A DNA stretch of 64,000 bases from Lama glama (GCA_028534125.1 CM052816.1:6078001-6142000); one strand, 5' to 3'; counted from the first letter of the stretch, positions 13,161-26,055 are shown. The notes: generated from the letters alone by a model not told the origin. Numbers and translations: made by a program.

Positions 13161-14544
13161 TGAGTGATGACCATCAAACAAAATCACTTACCAAAAACCA
13201 AATGAAAATAAAACAAAAGCGTGATTACAGAAAGCCAGTACCCATGGAAAAAAAGTCCAGTCCAGCCATACATGTAATCAAGAAATGCAAATGAAGACAA
13301 GATATGTCATGTAGCTGACAAATAGGACTAAATTGGAAGAAAATGATTAGCAATTAATGCAGTTGTTATGGAAAGCAGTTTAGCAAAGTTTTAGTTCAAA
13401 TATTCACACCCTTTAGCCAGCAATTGCAGTTCCAGAGAAACAAAACCAGATGTAGTCTAAGTATTATGACTAAAGGTGGCAATTGATACTAATTTTAATA
13501 GAAATGTGTATGATCAGTAATATTATTGTATTTAGTCAATATAGTTTAAAGTTGGAACATGGGTTCTGAAATAAAAGAAGTACATTTTAACCCTGAGTCC
13601 ATCACTTATCAGTTACGTAGTCAGAGCCTAATAATTGAAACTCACTGACCCTTATGACTTCATCTATAATGGTGACAGTGCATTAATCAGTAAATGTCTG
13701 GGTTTTAGGAATTAGTCATTCATTTCACTTTCATTGTACACTCATAGGCTCATTACTCTTTGAGGGAGCAGTAGCTTGCATTATTTCAATATCTCAGTTT
13801 GCTTTTCTCTGTTCTTTATGGCCCTAAGCAGTTGAGAGAAGTCGGTCTATTCTGTGTGTTAATATGTTTAAATGCAGCTTAGAACTACCAGAGGCAACAA
13901 TGAGTTATGGAGTAAGGAAAGGGACCACTCCACCTCTCTGTCTCTCTTTCTCTGTTGTCTTTTGCTGCCATGGTTTCCTCTGTTCTGAGCTATTTTTTTT
14001 CTCACAAAAAAAGTCTACTCTTGAATGCTAAGTATTTTCTCTCTTAAAAAAAACAAAACAAAAAAAAAACCCCAAAACAAGCAATTGAATGGTTAATGAT
14101 AACCAGTGTTTATTGGGCTACGTGGCATGTCTAAATTCTTGACGAAAGACCAGATTAAGCCAGTAAACGTGACAAAAATGTGGTGTTCTTAGATAATAGG
14201 ATTATAAAATTAACATGGTTACTCTATCTTTAAGAAATATTTTTGGAGCCCAGTTTTGTCTTAGAAATGAACTTGAGGTCACAGATTTAGATATCTAGCT
14301 ATCCCTGTTTCTCTCTTGTCAATATTCTATGATACAATGTGTTTTATTCAAGAGTAGCTGGCAGTGTTTTGTCAGTCATGATGAATAATCCTAAATGGTT
14401 TACTTTTTGGCTCTTTTAAAAATAATTTGCTTTTTCTTTGTTAGAGAGTTTGAAATCAGTATAAGTCTGTTTTGTAGGGATAAATATTAAATAGTATGGC
14501 ATACTATTTAGGAAATAACTGAAGTATTTTAATTGATTTTTAAA

Positions 14545-15040
14545 GCTAAACTTTTTCTTTGGGAATAATTTTCAACTTATAGAAAAAATAATAAAAATAG
14601 GAAAGAGAATTCCCATATATATCCCTCACGCCCTTTCTCTCATTGTTAACCTCTTACATTACCACGGTACATTTACCGAAACTGAGACACTGACATTAAC
14701 TATGAACTAAACGTTGAACTTTCTTTGGATTTTAGTGCTCTGACTTGGTGTCTTTGTGTCTGAGAATCCAGTTGAGGGCAGGTACCACGTTGTGTTTACT
14801 GATCACCTCCTCATTCTCTGGTCTATAATGATTTCTAAGTGTTTCTTTGCTTTTCATGGCTTTGACAGTCTTAAGGAATACTTGCCAGGTGTCCTGTAAA
14901 ATATTCCTCAATCCAGGTTTGTCTCCTGTTTTTCTCATGATTAGACTGGAGTTGTGGGCTTATGGAAAGAATACCACAGAAATGTAGTGTCCTTGTTACC
15001 ACATATCATAGGGTATGTAATATGGACATAACACACTATT
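14545..15040 (-). mobile_element. Ancient L1 3' UTR (L1MC-like)
   Basis: gaataattttcaacttatagaaaa...agagaattcccatata...ggaaagaataccacagaaatgtagtgtccttg. Confidence 0.7.
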
Positions 15041-16465
15041 AATGTGAGTGTATAAATACCTCTTTGAGACCTTGATTTCAGTTCTTTTGGGTTTATCTCC
15101 AGAAGTGGCATCATAGGATCATTTAGGAATTCTGTTTTTAATTATTTGAGGGGGAACTTCCATACCGTCTTACATAGTGGCTATACCATTTTACATTACC
15201 AGCAACCGTGCACACAAAGGTTCAGTTTCTTCACATCTTTGCTGATGATTTTATTTATTTATTTTGATAACATCTGTCCTAATGGTGTGAGGTGCTATCT
15301 CAGTGTGACTTTGATTTTCATTTCCCTAGCAATTAGTAATGTTGAGCATCTTTTCATGTGTTTGTTGGCTACTTGTATGTCATATTTGGAGAAATGTCTA
15401 GTTAAGTCCTTTGCCCATTTTGGAATTGTGTTGTTATTTTGTTGTTGAGTTTTAGGGGTTCTCTATATATTCTGGATATTAATCCTTTATCAGATACATG
15501 ATTTGCAAATATTTTCTTCTATTCTTTGGGTAACTTTGTTACTCTGTTGATAGTGTCTTTTGATGCACATTAAAATTTTTCCAAAGTCCAGTTTGTCTGT
15601 TCTTTGTTTTTGCTCCCTGTGTCTTTGGTGTCATATCCAAGAAATCATTGCCAAATCTCATGTCATGAAGCTTTTGTCCTATGTTTTCTTCTAAGAGTTT
15701 TATAATTTAGGTCTTAAATTTAGGTCTTTGATCCATTTTTAGTTAATTTTTATGTGTGGTGTTAGGTAACAGTCTAACTTCATTCCTTTGCATGTGAATA
15801 TCCAGTTTTCCTAGCATAATTTGTTGAAGAGACTGTCCTTTTCCCATTGAATGGTCTCGGAACCCTTCTCAAAAATCATTTGACTATATATGCAATTGTT
15901 TATTTCTGGGTTCTCAAGTCTATTCCATAAGTCTATATGTGTATCTTTATGCCAGTATCACCCTGTTTTGATTATGGTAGCTTTGTAGTAAGTTAGAAAT
16001 CATGAAATTGTGAGGCTTCCAGCCTCATCTTTTTCAAGGTTGTTTGACTATTCAAGGTCCCTTGAGATTCCACTAGAATTTTAGTTTAGGTTCTCTATTT
16101 CTGCAAAAAGGATCACTGGGCTTTTGATAAGGATTGCTTTGAAATCTGTAAGTGTCTTTGAGTAACTTTACATCTTAAAAATATTAAGTATTCTAGTCCA
16201 TGAACAAGGAATATATTTTCATTTACTTTTGTGTTCTCTAATTTCTTTCAGCAATATTTTATAGTTTTCATTGTATAAGTCTTTCACCCCTCTTAAGTTA
16301 ATTCCTAAGTATTTTTTGTGTGATATTATAAATTGAATTTTTTTCTTAAAGTCTTGTTCAGATTGTTCATTGTTAGTGTATTAAAATGCAACTGATTTTT
16401 GTATGTTGATTTTGTTTCCTGCTATTTTGTGACAAAATAGTTCTTTTTTTTGCTAATTCTGACAT
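15040..16465 (-). mobile_element. Old L1 (L1MA/MB-like) ORF2 3' half, degenerate
   Basis: Antisense ORF2 hallmarks: gttgagcatcttttcatgtgtttgttggc, atattaatcctttatcagat, ccagttttcctagcataatttgttgaagagactgtcc, aatgcaactgatttttgtatgttgattttgt. Confidence 0.9.
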
Positions 16466-16481
16466 CTATTTTATTTTGAGT

Positions 16482-17349
16482 TTTTTAACATTTTTTTATT
16501 GAGTAATAGTCATTTTACAATGTTGTGTCAAATTCCAGTGTAGAGCACAATTTTCCAGTTATGCACGAACATACATACATTCATTGTCACATTTTTTTTT
16601 TTGCTGTGAACTACCACAAGATCTTGTATATATTTCCCTGTGCTAAAGTATAATCTTGTTTATCTATTCTACATTTTAAAATCCCAGTCTGTCCCTTCCC
16701 ATCCCCTGCCCCCATGGCAACCACAAGTTTGTATTCTATGTCTATGAGTCTGTTTCTGTTTTGTAGTTACGTTTTTTTGTTTTTAGATTCCACATATGAG
16801 TGATCTCATATGGTATTTTTCTTTCTCTCTCTCTGGCTTACTTTACTTAGAATGACGATCTCTAGGTTCATCCATGTTGCTGCAAGTGGTGTTATGTTGT
16901 CGTTTTTTTGTGGCTGAGTAGTATTTCATGGTATAAAATATACCACAACTTCTTTATCCAGTCACCTGTTGATGGACGTTTAGGCTGTTTCCATGTCTTG
17001 GCTATTGTAAATAGTTCTGCTATGAACATTGGGGTGCAGGTGTCATTTTGAAGTAGGGTTCCTTCTGATATATGCCCAGGAGCGGGATTCCTGGATCATA
17101 CGGTAAGTTTATTCCTAGTCTTTTGAGGAATCTCCATACTGTTTTCCACAGTGGCTTCCCTTGATTCCCACTCTTAATGATTTAGATGTCTTCTTTTACA
17201 ATTTTGTGTTTATTTGTAATTCATGGTAGTTACCACCTTTCCAGTTACGAATTTCTCATTTTTGTACCATCCTGCTTCTTTTCTATTTAGAGTAGACCTG
17301 TCAATATTTCTTTAGCATGGGTTTAGTGTTGCTAAACTCTTTTAGTTTT
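16482..17349 (-). mobile_element. Younger camelid-type L1 derivative: 3' UTR and ORF2 tail joined to inter-ORF region and ORF1 C-terminus; runs into the gap
   Basis: Poly-T and 3' UTR (tttccctgtgct...ggcaaccacaagtttgtattctatgtctatgagtc); ORF2 tail to 17154; minus strand 17287-17348 encodes KLKEFSNTKPMLK/EILTGLL* (ORF1 end, 1-nt frameshift). Confidence 0.85.
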
Positions 17350-17849
17350 NNNNNNNNNNNNNNNNNNNNNNNNNNNNNNNNNNNNNNNNNNNNNNNNNNN
17401 NNNNNNNNNNNNNNNNNNNNNNNNNNNNNNNNNNNNNNNNNNNNNNNNNNNNNNNNNNNNNNNNNNNNNNNNNNNNNNNNNNNNNNNNNNNNNNNNNNNN
17501 NNNNNNNNNNNNNNNNNNNNNNNNNNNNNNNNNNNNNNNNNNNNNNNNNNNNNNNNNNNNNNNNNNNNNNNNNNNNNNNNNNNNNNNNNNNNNNNNNNNN
17601 NNNNNNNNNNNNNNNNNNNNNNNNNNNNNNNNNNNNNNNNNNNNNNNNNNNNNNNNNNNNNNNNNNNNNNNNNNNNNNNNNNNNNNNNNNNNNNNNNNNN
17701 NNNNNNNNNNNNNNNNNNNNNNNNNNNNNNNNNNNNNNNNNNNNNNNNNNNNNNNNNNNNNNNNNNNNNNNNNNNNNNNNNNNNNNNNNNNNNNNNNNNN
17801 NNNNNNNNNNNNNNNNNNNNNNNNNNNNNNNNNNNNNNNNNNNNNNNNN
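17350..17849. other. Assembly gap (exactly 500 N)
   Basis: Run of n from 17350 to 17849. Confidence 1.
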
Positions 17850-18169
17850 TAAATTCATGAGGCTCACTTAGCACGTAGCAAAAGACTGGATGTGAACAGG
17901 GCGGGAAACTGCATTAAATGGAAGATTAGGGACCACAGTGGAAAGGAGTGGGCGACTGGTTTAGAGAAATAGGATGTTTCGGTATCAAACGTGCAGTCTC
18001 AAAGAACACTTGGCGTTCCTTCTGAGGTATCACATGGTATAAGAGCCTTCAGCTTTAGCTTCTCGTATTTACATCTTCTCCATCTACTCCCTAAATGCTG
18101 AATCATTGTCATTTATTCTATAGTATGTTTTACCTACTGGAATTTACCTCTGGTACCAGGATGTAGGGA

Positions 18170-18781
18170 ACTGGCACTATTAGAAGACAGTAAATCTAGG
18201 TGCATGTAATAGTGTCCCCTCAGCATGGCTTAAACAAGGTGGTAGTGTATTTCTCTGTCATGTGATGTTCTAAAGGTGGTCAGTCAAGGGCATGGCAGTC
18301 CACCTTGGCTCTTTAAGATCATCCAGGGACCCCAGTTTCTTATCCATGAGCCTTACTTCACCTTATTCATAAATGTTAATAACATGTTTATTATATATAT
18401 ACACACACATATAGAATATGATATATAATATTCTTTTAAATTTTTTATTTTTAAATTTTTATTTATTTAGTTAGTTAGTTAGTACATATTCTTAATTTAT
18501 TGTCCTGCCATCCCTAAGATGTGGCCCCTCTTCTGTGCAATTCAGGATGGCTTGTCACCAGGCAGTAGGTTGTGAAAAGGGAAGAAAAGAGCTCCCTTTA
18601 AGATAATGACTCAGAAGTGGTACACATCCCTTTCATTCTTAGTCCACTGACCCCAGACTGCACACTCATGTCTGATACACAGGAGGGCTGGGAACTGTAG
18701 TCTTTAGCTGGGAGTCATTGACTCACATTATATCAGAAATGAGATGTGGACACTGAGGATCAACCAGAAGTCATTGCCACA
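18170..18781 (-). mobile_element. MaLR solo LTR (MLT1J-like) interrupted by an AT-rich low-complexity tract (~18355-18495)
   Basis: tggcttaaacaagg...tatttctct, ggagggctgggaactgtagtctttagctggg, terminal ttgccaca. Confidence 0.7.
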
Positions 18782-20159
18782 GAATTGAAACAAAAACAAG
18801 CAAGTTTTTGGACACGTCAAGGAGGAAGATCAGTGTGCTATAGGGACTTGAAGTCATGTCACAGAAGGAAGAAAAGGATATTTGTCTTACAAAATAAAAG
18901 AGGGGAATCACGAAACCAGCTTTCAAGTGCTTGGGAAAGAGATGGAATCTTTTCTTTATATAACTGTGAGGTCAATCCTAGAATCCATAGCTAGAAGTTA
19001 CAAGGAGAAATTTAATAACACGAAGAGAGACGTTATCTTTATGAGTTCTAAAAAGTAGAACTACCTGTTTCTAAAAGAGAGCCTACTTCTCATCATTAAG
19101 TTTTCAGACATTATTCTGAAAATTAAAAAAAAATTACAGAGTGCTTAACTTGATACAAGACACTATTTTTTTGTGTGCGTGCTAAAGATACAAAGATGAA
19201 TAAAACAGTTAAGACCTGTGCCCTACTGGATAATAATAAGCAGTGAGTAGAGGTGTGTGTGTGTATGTGTAGGATGGGATAAAGGATTGTATAGCAAACT
19301 GTTAGAAATATTTGGGGATTTAGAGACAGTCTGGGAATTTTTCTGTACTCTTGAGATGTCTTTATATTTCAAAGAGGTCTGATTAAAAGTTTTTCTTTCT
19401 CAAGTCTTACAAGTTGTCTAAGGATCAAAAGCAAGAAACAGTTTAAAAGATGGTAGACTTAAAGAAATCAGATATTTAAAGTACAACAATCCTTGTTTGT
19501 TTTAAGGACTGTAAATTAAATATAGTGTTGAGGGAACCTAATTGGTGGTTGCATTTATTCGCAAGTCTTGCCCCTTTTCATCCCTGCAGAAAACTATAAT
19601 CCTCATGCTGGAGCACTCTGCAGTCTGTCACTTGGGCTTCTGATGCCCGGTGGGGAGCAATTAAGATGCTCAGGTGCCCTGATAGGAGAATCCCATGCCC
19701 CAAGCACTTCTCAGAGTCTCTGTAGGAATAAATATTTTCAGCTTATGAGGAAATCAGAACTCATTTACAGAAATAAAAGCAAGAGGTGTTTTTCAGGAAG
19801 TAGGAGGAAATACATTCAGGGTAGTAGAATGAGACGTGGCCAAGGATAAAATGGGGCCTGGATTCCATACCAAACGTCACCACCAAGAAACAATACAACT
19901 CTGGCAGGTCCCTCTGCTTCTCTGGGATTCAGTTATCTCACCAATAAACAGGGAGTTCATAATCCCAATCCATTCTGCCAATGTCAGATATTTAGCTTAC
20001 ACTTATTTCTCTGAAAATTGGCTGGAGAAACTTGTAGACAGGATGTGACCTGTGGAGTACTCCACAGTCCCCACCACTCCCTAATGCCGCACCCAGGCCT
20101 ACTTTACTACTGCCCATTCTCTTCTCGTTTTGCTAGGCACAGGAGTTTGAAACTGAAAT

Positions 20160-20370
20160 TCACAGTGGTTGAGCACTTCTATGTGCCAGGCATTTGTATA
20201 CATGATCTCACTTAATTTTCACAGCAATCCCCTGAGAGGGGTCCATTTTACAGATTAAAAAACTGAGCTCAGAGAGTTTCAGTAACTTGCAGTATGCAGC
20301 TAGTTGAGACAAGGTTCAAATCTAGGCAGTTTGTTCCCAGAACCTTTTCTCTCAACCAACGTATCCTATT
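20160..20370 (-). mobile_element. MIR SINE
   Basis: gagcacttctatgtgccaggc...ccattttacagattaaaaaactgagctcagagag. Confidence 0.8.
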
Positions 20371-20756
20371 GTCCAAAAAATTTCTAAAGTTGTGTGATCT
20401 GCCAGCAGTGAGTGAGGGATTAAACAGCTTGGAGAATTAAAAAAAAAAAATCTGAATCCAAATCCAGACTCCACCCCTGCTTACCTGCATATTTGTAGGA
20501 TTCTCGTGAATTTTAAATGAGCCAGAGTACGTAAACCACTCAACACAGAGAACTTGCTCCAAAAGTAGCCATTATTATGCTAGAAATGTTCCTGTAATGG
20601 AGACATAAGAATGTTTGTTGAGTGGATACAGTATCATAGTATTGGTCCAAAAAGAGTGGTCCAAGATTCATGTTTCCTTTATAAGCTGGTTATTGGCATA
20701 TTCTGTCATGCTATTTTGTTCACTTTTCCTCATATTAGAGGAATGTACTCCTAGAC

Positions 20757-20974
20757 CAGTAGTTCTTAACCAGAAATGATTTTGCTCCCCACAAGACATT
20801 TGGCAATATTTGGAGACATTTTTGGTTGTCAAAACTTCTGTGTGTGGGACTTGCTATTGGAAACTAGCAGACAGAGACAAGGGAAGCTGCTAAACATCCT
20901 TTAATGCATAAGACATCCCCCCAAAACAATTATCTGGTTCCAAGTGTCAGTAGCACCAAGGTTGAGAAACCTTG
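20757..20974 (+). mobile_element. MER20 (hAT-Charlie), near full length
   Basis: cagtagttcttaacc...acatttggcaatatttggagacatttttggttgtca...gctgctaaacatcct...caaggttgagaaaccttg, with terminal inverted repeats. Confidence 0.9.
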
Positions 20975-22374
20975 ATCTGGATTAGAGAAAAACCCTCTAA
21001 AAAGTCTTTATTCCAGTTGCATACATGGGATAGTACAAAAAAACCAAAAAACAAAGGAACAAACAAAACCCCCCAAAAACAACAATAAGAAAAGCCATTC
21101 TAAGCACAATGTTGCTATGTTCTCTTTGCCTCCCTCAACCTGAACCTGGCTGGGGCTCAGAGTTCCCAAAGTGTACCAACCATATGGTACCTTCTAAGTG
21201 TTCTAGAAGGAAGGGAGTAACCTTGGGTGGGGCAGTGTTCTCAGCTCCCAGCCAGAAATCCAAAGGAGGAGGGCAAGATAATGACCACATCTCCATTTAA
21301 CTTGAATCCATGTTGCCTATTTTATAAAAAGCACTGTGCTGTGCACACAGGGAGATTTCAATCCATGAGACAGATGACTGAGAAATGATAACTTCCAAAA
21401 ATATGCATACATTATTTGCTTGGTCTGCCCATCTGGCCTCTGTCTTAAATACCAAAATTTCATATCCTGATCTAGTAAAAAACCAGCATCTTGTAAGGCC
21501 TCTTTCTTCCATTTCAGAGATGGAAATTTCCTTGTTCTTTGTTGATTTCCCCCTTTACTGTGTATTTCTGACTTAAGAGCCCTAGGAAGGTCATAACTCC
21601 AAAGTCATCTTTTGAGATAAGAGCCAAAGCTGCTGAGAGCCAGAGAAATACTCTGATTTACTGGGCAACCCATATGAAGACCAACTTCAGATCTCTTTTA
21701 TCTTTTGGTGGATTCAATTCACAACTTACTTCATTTAGAATAGAAAAACCCAAAAAAACTGTCAGCAAATTTAATCTTGCTGGCATTTTAGAATACTTTA
21801 GACTATAATAGTCATAAGTTAGTTAACCAGATGAAAGATATGTTTTACCCTAGTACTATAAACCTCAAAAGTCCCAAGAAAAAACATTAAAGTATCATTA
21901 TGGACATAAAATGATTCTGTTAAAGTGGTACCCTGGTGTTTCATATTTATTCTTTCATTGTGGAGCATTTGAAATCAGTTTTACTTTGTGAGGCTTAAGC
22001 AGTTTTCTCTCTAACTGGTAATAGGGTACATTGTGAGACTCCAAGAGCAGCGGGGTGGAGGTTGGGAGACACTTGAAATCACCTAATTCAACCATACGGT
22101 TTTACACATGAAGACAATGGAGACTGAGATAAAAAAGGAGCTTTCTCATAGGCCACAGCAAAGATAAGGACTGTATCCTAGTCCTTAGGCAAGAACGCTT
22201 TCTTCCCTATCAAGCATTCTCCAGTAGGAGAGATTCAAGGTGCTTCCGGTCACCTTAGTTCAATTGATTCCTCATCCCATTTTGGTTGGTTTGTCCTTGG
22301 AATGTAAATGAAAGTTGGAATATACTCATAGACTCTTAAGCCCAGGGATGTTATTGATGATAAGTAGAATTCTG

Positions 22375-22662
22375 AGTCGCTCATTATTTAACCATCTATT
22401 ATTTATTCAGCTGTCTACCACTATATGCTAGTCACTGTGCAGGCCAAAGGGTTATATGAATGCATAGAACCAACAAGTCCCTTTCCTCATGAAGCTTACA
22501 TTATATTTGAAGAGACAAATAAAATAAGTAAAATAACCATAATACTTGTGAAGCTTAATAAAGGCTGTGAAATAAATACAGTGTGATAAGGTAGAGCTTT
22601 TCTGGAGAGATGAGAGTGCTGCAGGGACAAGGAGGGGCAGAGCTTTTTCAGACAAGATGGTC
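22375..22662 (-). mobile_element. L2 (3' part); split by an L1 insertion and resuming at ~24714-24975
   Basis: atttattcagctgtctaccactatatgctag...ttcctcatgaagcttacatt...agacaagatggtc, continued by agagtgtctttcttgagaggtgatatctgag. Confidence 0.7.
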
Positions 22663-24636
22663 TATATTGAGCATTTCTTCATGTGGCTTTTAGCCATATG
22701 TGTGTCTTCATTGGAGAATTGCTTGTTTAGGTCTTCAGCCCATTTTTGGATTGTTTGGTTTTTTTGTTACTGAGTTGTATGAGCTGTTTGTATGTTCTGG
22801 AAATTAAACTCTTGTCAGTTGCATCTTTGGAAACATTTTCTCCCAGTATTAGGTTGTCTTCATTTTATTTATAGTTTCCCTTGCTGTGCAAAAGTTTATA
22901 AGTTTAATTAGATCCCATTTGTTTATTTTTACTTTTATTTCTTTTGCCTAGGTAGACTGCGCCAGGAGAACATTGCTAAGGTTTATGTTGGAGAATGTTT
23001 TGCCTGTGTTTTCTTCTGGGAGATTTATAGGGTCTTGTCTTATTTTTTAATTCTTTAAGCCATTTAGTTTATTTTTGTGTATGGTATGAGGGAGTATTCT
23101 CACTTTATTGTTTTATATGAGCCTTCCAGCTTTCCAGCAATACTTACTAATGAGGCTGTCTTTTCTTCATTGTATATTCTTGCCTCCTTTGTCAAAGATT
23201 AGTTGACCATAGGTGTGTGGGTTTATTTCTGGGCTCTTTATTCTGTTCCATCAATCTGTATGTCTGTTTTTATGCCAGTAACATGCTGTTTTGATTACTG
23301 AAGCTCTGTAGTATTGTCTGAAGTCTTGGAGAATTATTCCTCCAGCTTCATTCTTTTTGTTCAGTTTTGCTTTGGCAATTCTGGGTCTTTTGTGATTGCT
23401 TATAAGCTTTAGAATTATTTGTTCTAGTTCTTTGAAAAATGTCCTGAGTAATTTGTTAGGGATCACATTAAATCTGTGGATTATTTTAGTAGTATAGCCA
23501 TTTTAACAATATTAGTTCTTCTAATCCAAGAACATGGGATTTCCATTTCTTTATATCATCTTTAATTTCCTTAATCGATGTTTTGTAGTTCTTAGTGTAT
23601 AAGTCTTCCACCTCCTTGGTCAGGTTTATTCCTAAGTATTTTATTTTTTTGATGCAATTTTAAAAGGGATTTTTTTTTAACTTTCCTTTTCTGATATTTC
23701 ATTGTCAGTGTAAAGAAATGCAACAGATTTCTGTATGTTACTCTTGTATTCTGCTACATTGCTGAATTTGTTTATCAGCTCTAGTAGTTTTTGTGTGGAG
23801 CCTTTAGGATTTTCTATATATAGTATCTTGTTATCTGCTAATTATCAGAGAACTACAAATCAAAACTACAGTGAGGTATCACCTCACACCAGTCAGAATG
23901 GCCATCACTAAAAGGTCCACGAATGATAAATGCTGGAGACGGTGTGAAGAAAAGGGATCCCCCCTACACTGTTGATGGCAATGTAGTTTGGTGTAGCCAT
24001 TATGGAAAACAATATGGAGATTCCTTAAAAAACTAAAAATAGACTTACCATATGATCCAGCAATCCCACTCTTGGGCATACATTTGAAGGAAACTCTAAT
24101 TTAAAAAGATACATGCACCTCAGTGTTCATAGCAGTGCTATTTACAGTAGCCAAGACATGAAAGCAACCTAATGTTCATAGAAAGTTGACTAAATAAAGA
24201 AGTTGTGGTATATATATACAATAGACTATTACTAAGCTGTAAAAAAAAAAGAGTAAAATATAAAATAATGCCATTTGCAGCAATATGGATGGACCTGGAG
24301 ATCATCATACTAAGTGAAGTAAGCCAGAAAAAGAAAGAAAAATACCATTTGATATCTCTTATAAGTGAAATCTAAAAATAAAAAACACAAACTTATTTAC
24401 AAAACAGACTCACAGATTGAAAACAATTTTATGGTTATGGGGGTGGATGGGGGTAGAGGGATAAATTGGGAGTTTGGGATTTGTGCAAACTACTGTATAT
24501 AAGATAGATAAACAACAAGGTCCTACTATATAGCACAGGGAACTATATTCAGTACCTTGTACAACTGAATCAGTATGCTGTACACTGGAAATTAACACAA
24601 CATTGTAAACCAACTATACTTCAATCTAAGAAAAAT
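22663..24636 (+). mobile_element. Cetartiodactyl-type L1, 5'-truncated with 5' inversion (22663-23838 antisense; 23837-24636 sense)
   Basis: ORF2 peptide in the ORF track 23251-23466 ([11 protein letters not shown]...RPRIAK...YWHKNRH); sense part gctaattatcagag...tatagcacagggaactatattcagtaccttgta...aactatacttcaat. Confidence 0.9.
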
Positions 24637-25114
24637 GGAAATGATCCAATCTATCTTGCAGGGTTTTTAAAAGATTACAATCAAATAAGGTGGTCAAAAA
24701 AAAAATAGTGGTACAGAGTGTCTTTCTTGAGAGGTGATATCTGAGGTGAGACTAGAAGAATGAGAATTTTCTTCCAAGGGAAGAAAATGTCAGGCAGAGA
24801 GAATACCAAATGCAAAGGCAATAATGAGGTAATGGTTTAATGTGTTTGGAAACAGAAAGAGAGCCATATAAACATTCAGTTCATAGCAAGGGAGGAAAAG
24901 CTGGATAGAGATAACTTTAACTTTAAGAGATAATCAGGGGATCAGATCATGTAAGGCCTCATAAGCTATGATTAGTACTTCTCATCTTATAAATCTGAAT
25001 AATCCATACAAATTATAATGTGTGTAGAACAAACATAAAAGTGACTTGTGACATCAGAGACAATAGTGGAGGAAAGGCTTCTAAAAATCCTCTTGTGCAT
25101 AAAAGCAACAAGGA

Positions 25115-25305
25115 TATGGAAAATGTTATTACACTGTATAGCACAGGGAAATACACACAAAAGGTTATGATAACTCACAGAGGAAAAAATGTGACAATGA
25201 GTGTGTATATGTCCATGAATGACTGAAAAATTCTGCTGAACACTGGAATTTGATACAACACTGTAAAATGATTATGAATCAATAAAAAATGTTAAAAAAA
25301 TAAAA
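25115..25305 (+). mobile_element. Short 3' end of a young camelid-type L1 nested in the old L1
   Basis: ctgtatagcacagggaaatacacacaa...aaatgtgacaatga...ctggaatttgatacaacactgtaaaatgattatgaatcaataaaaaatgttaaaaaa; the reverse complement of the 3' UTR at 16482-16650. Confidence 0.85.
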
Positions 25306-26055
25306 TTCTTGGTTTTCAAAAGGAACTTTCAAGATACTCCTAGAAACAAGAAAGTATGGCACACCCATAGGGAAAACACGAAACAAAACAACTGTCTGTG
25401 AAGGAGCCTAGGCATTGGACTTGTTAGACAGGACTAATGTCAGCTATCTTAATTTACATTCAACTAGCTAAGGGAGACTATGTCTAAATAATTAAAATAT
25501 GAGAGCAGTGTTTTATGAATTGGGAAATACCAATAAAGTGATAATTATGAAAAAAGAACCAAGTAGAAATTCTGGAAAGTGCGATGGCCAAAAATGTACC
25601 CAGAAGGGCTCAACAGGAGATTTGAACAAGCAGAAGAAAGTCAGAAAACTTGAAGATGGGCCAATTGAGGTTATCCAGTCTTCAGAGTAAAAAGAAAAAA
25701 AGAATTAAGAAAAAGAAACAAAACTCAGAGACCTGTGAGAAATCATCACATATACCAGCATAATTGGAGTCTAATAAGGAGAGAAGAGTGAAAGAGATCA
25801 GAAGGGATATTTGAAGAATAATGGCACAAATTCCCAAAATTTGATGAAAAGTGCTACTCTATACATCCACAAGATTCAACAAATTCCACATAGGATAAAA
25901 TATAAGGTATCTTCACCTAGACACACAAGCAAACTCAAAAGACAGAGAGTCTTGAAAGCAGCAGGAGATAAGTGTCTCATCATATACAAGGGTTTCTCAG
26001 TAAAACTGATATTTTTCATGAGATTTCTCATGAGATTTCCTTTAAAAACTTAAAA

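Noticed and set aside
15146..15448. Hydrophobic 100-aa ORF (similar ones at 23879-24079 and 27011-27394)
   Set aside because: Antisense translations of the L1 ORF2 tail, a common false positive.
17301..17874. Three longest ORFs (180-188 aa)
   Set aside because: Artefacts of translating through the 500-N gap.
23251..23466. ORF with clear protein similarity
   Set aside because: A fragment of a dead L1 ORF2, not a host gene.
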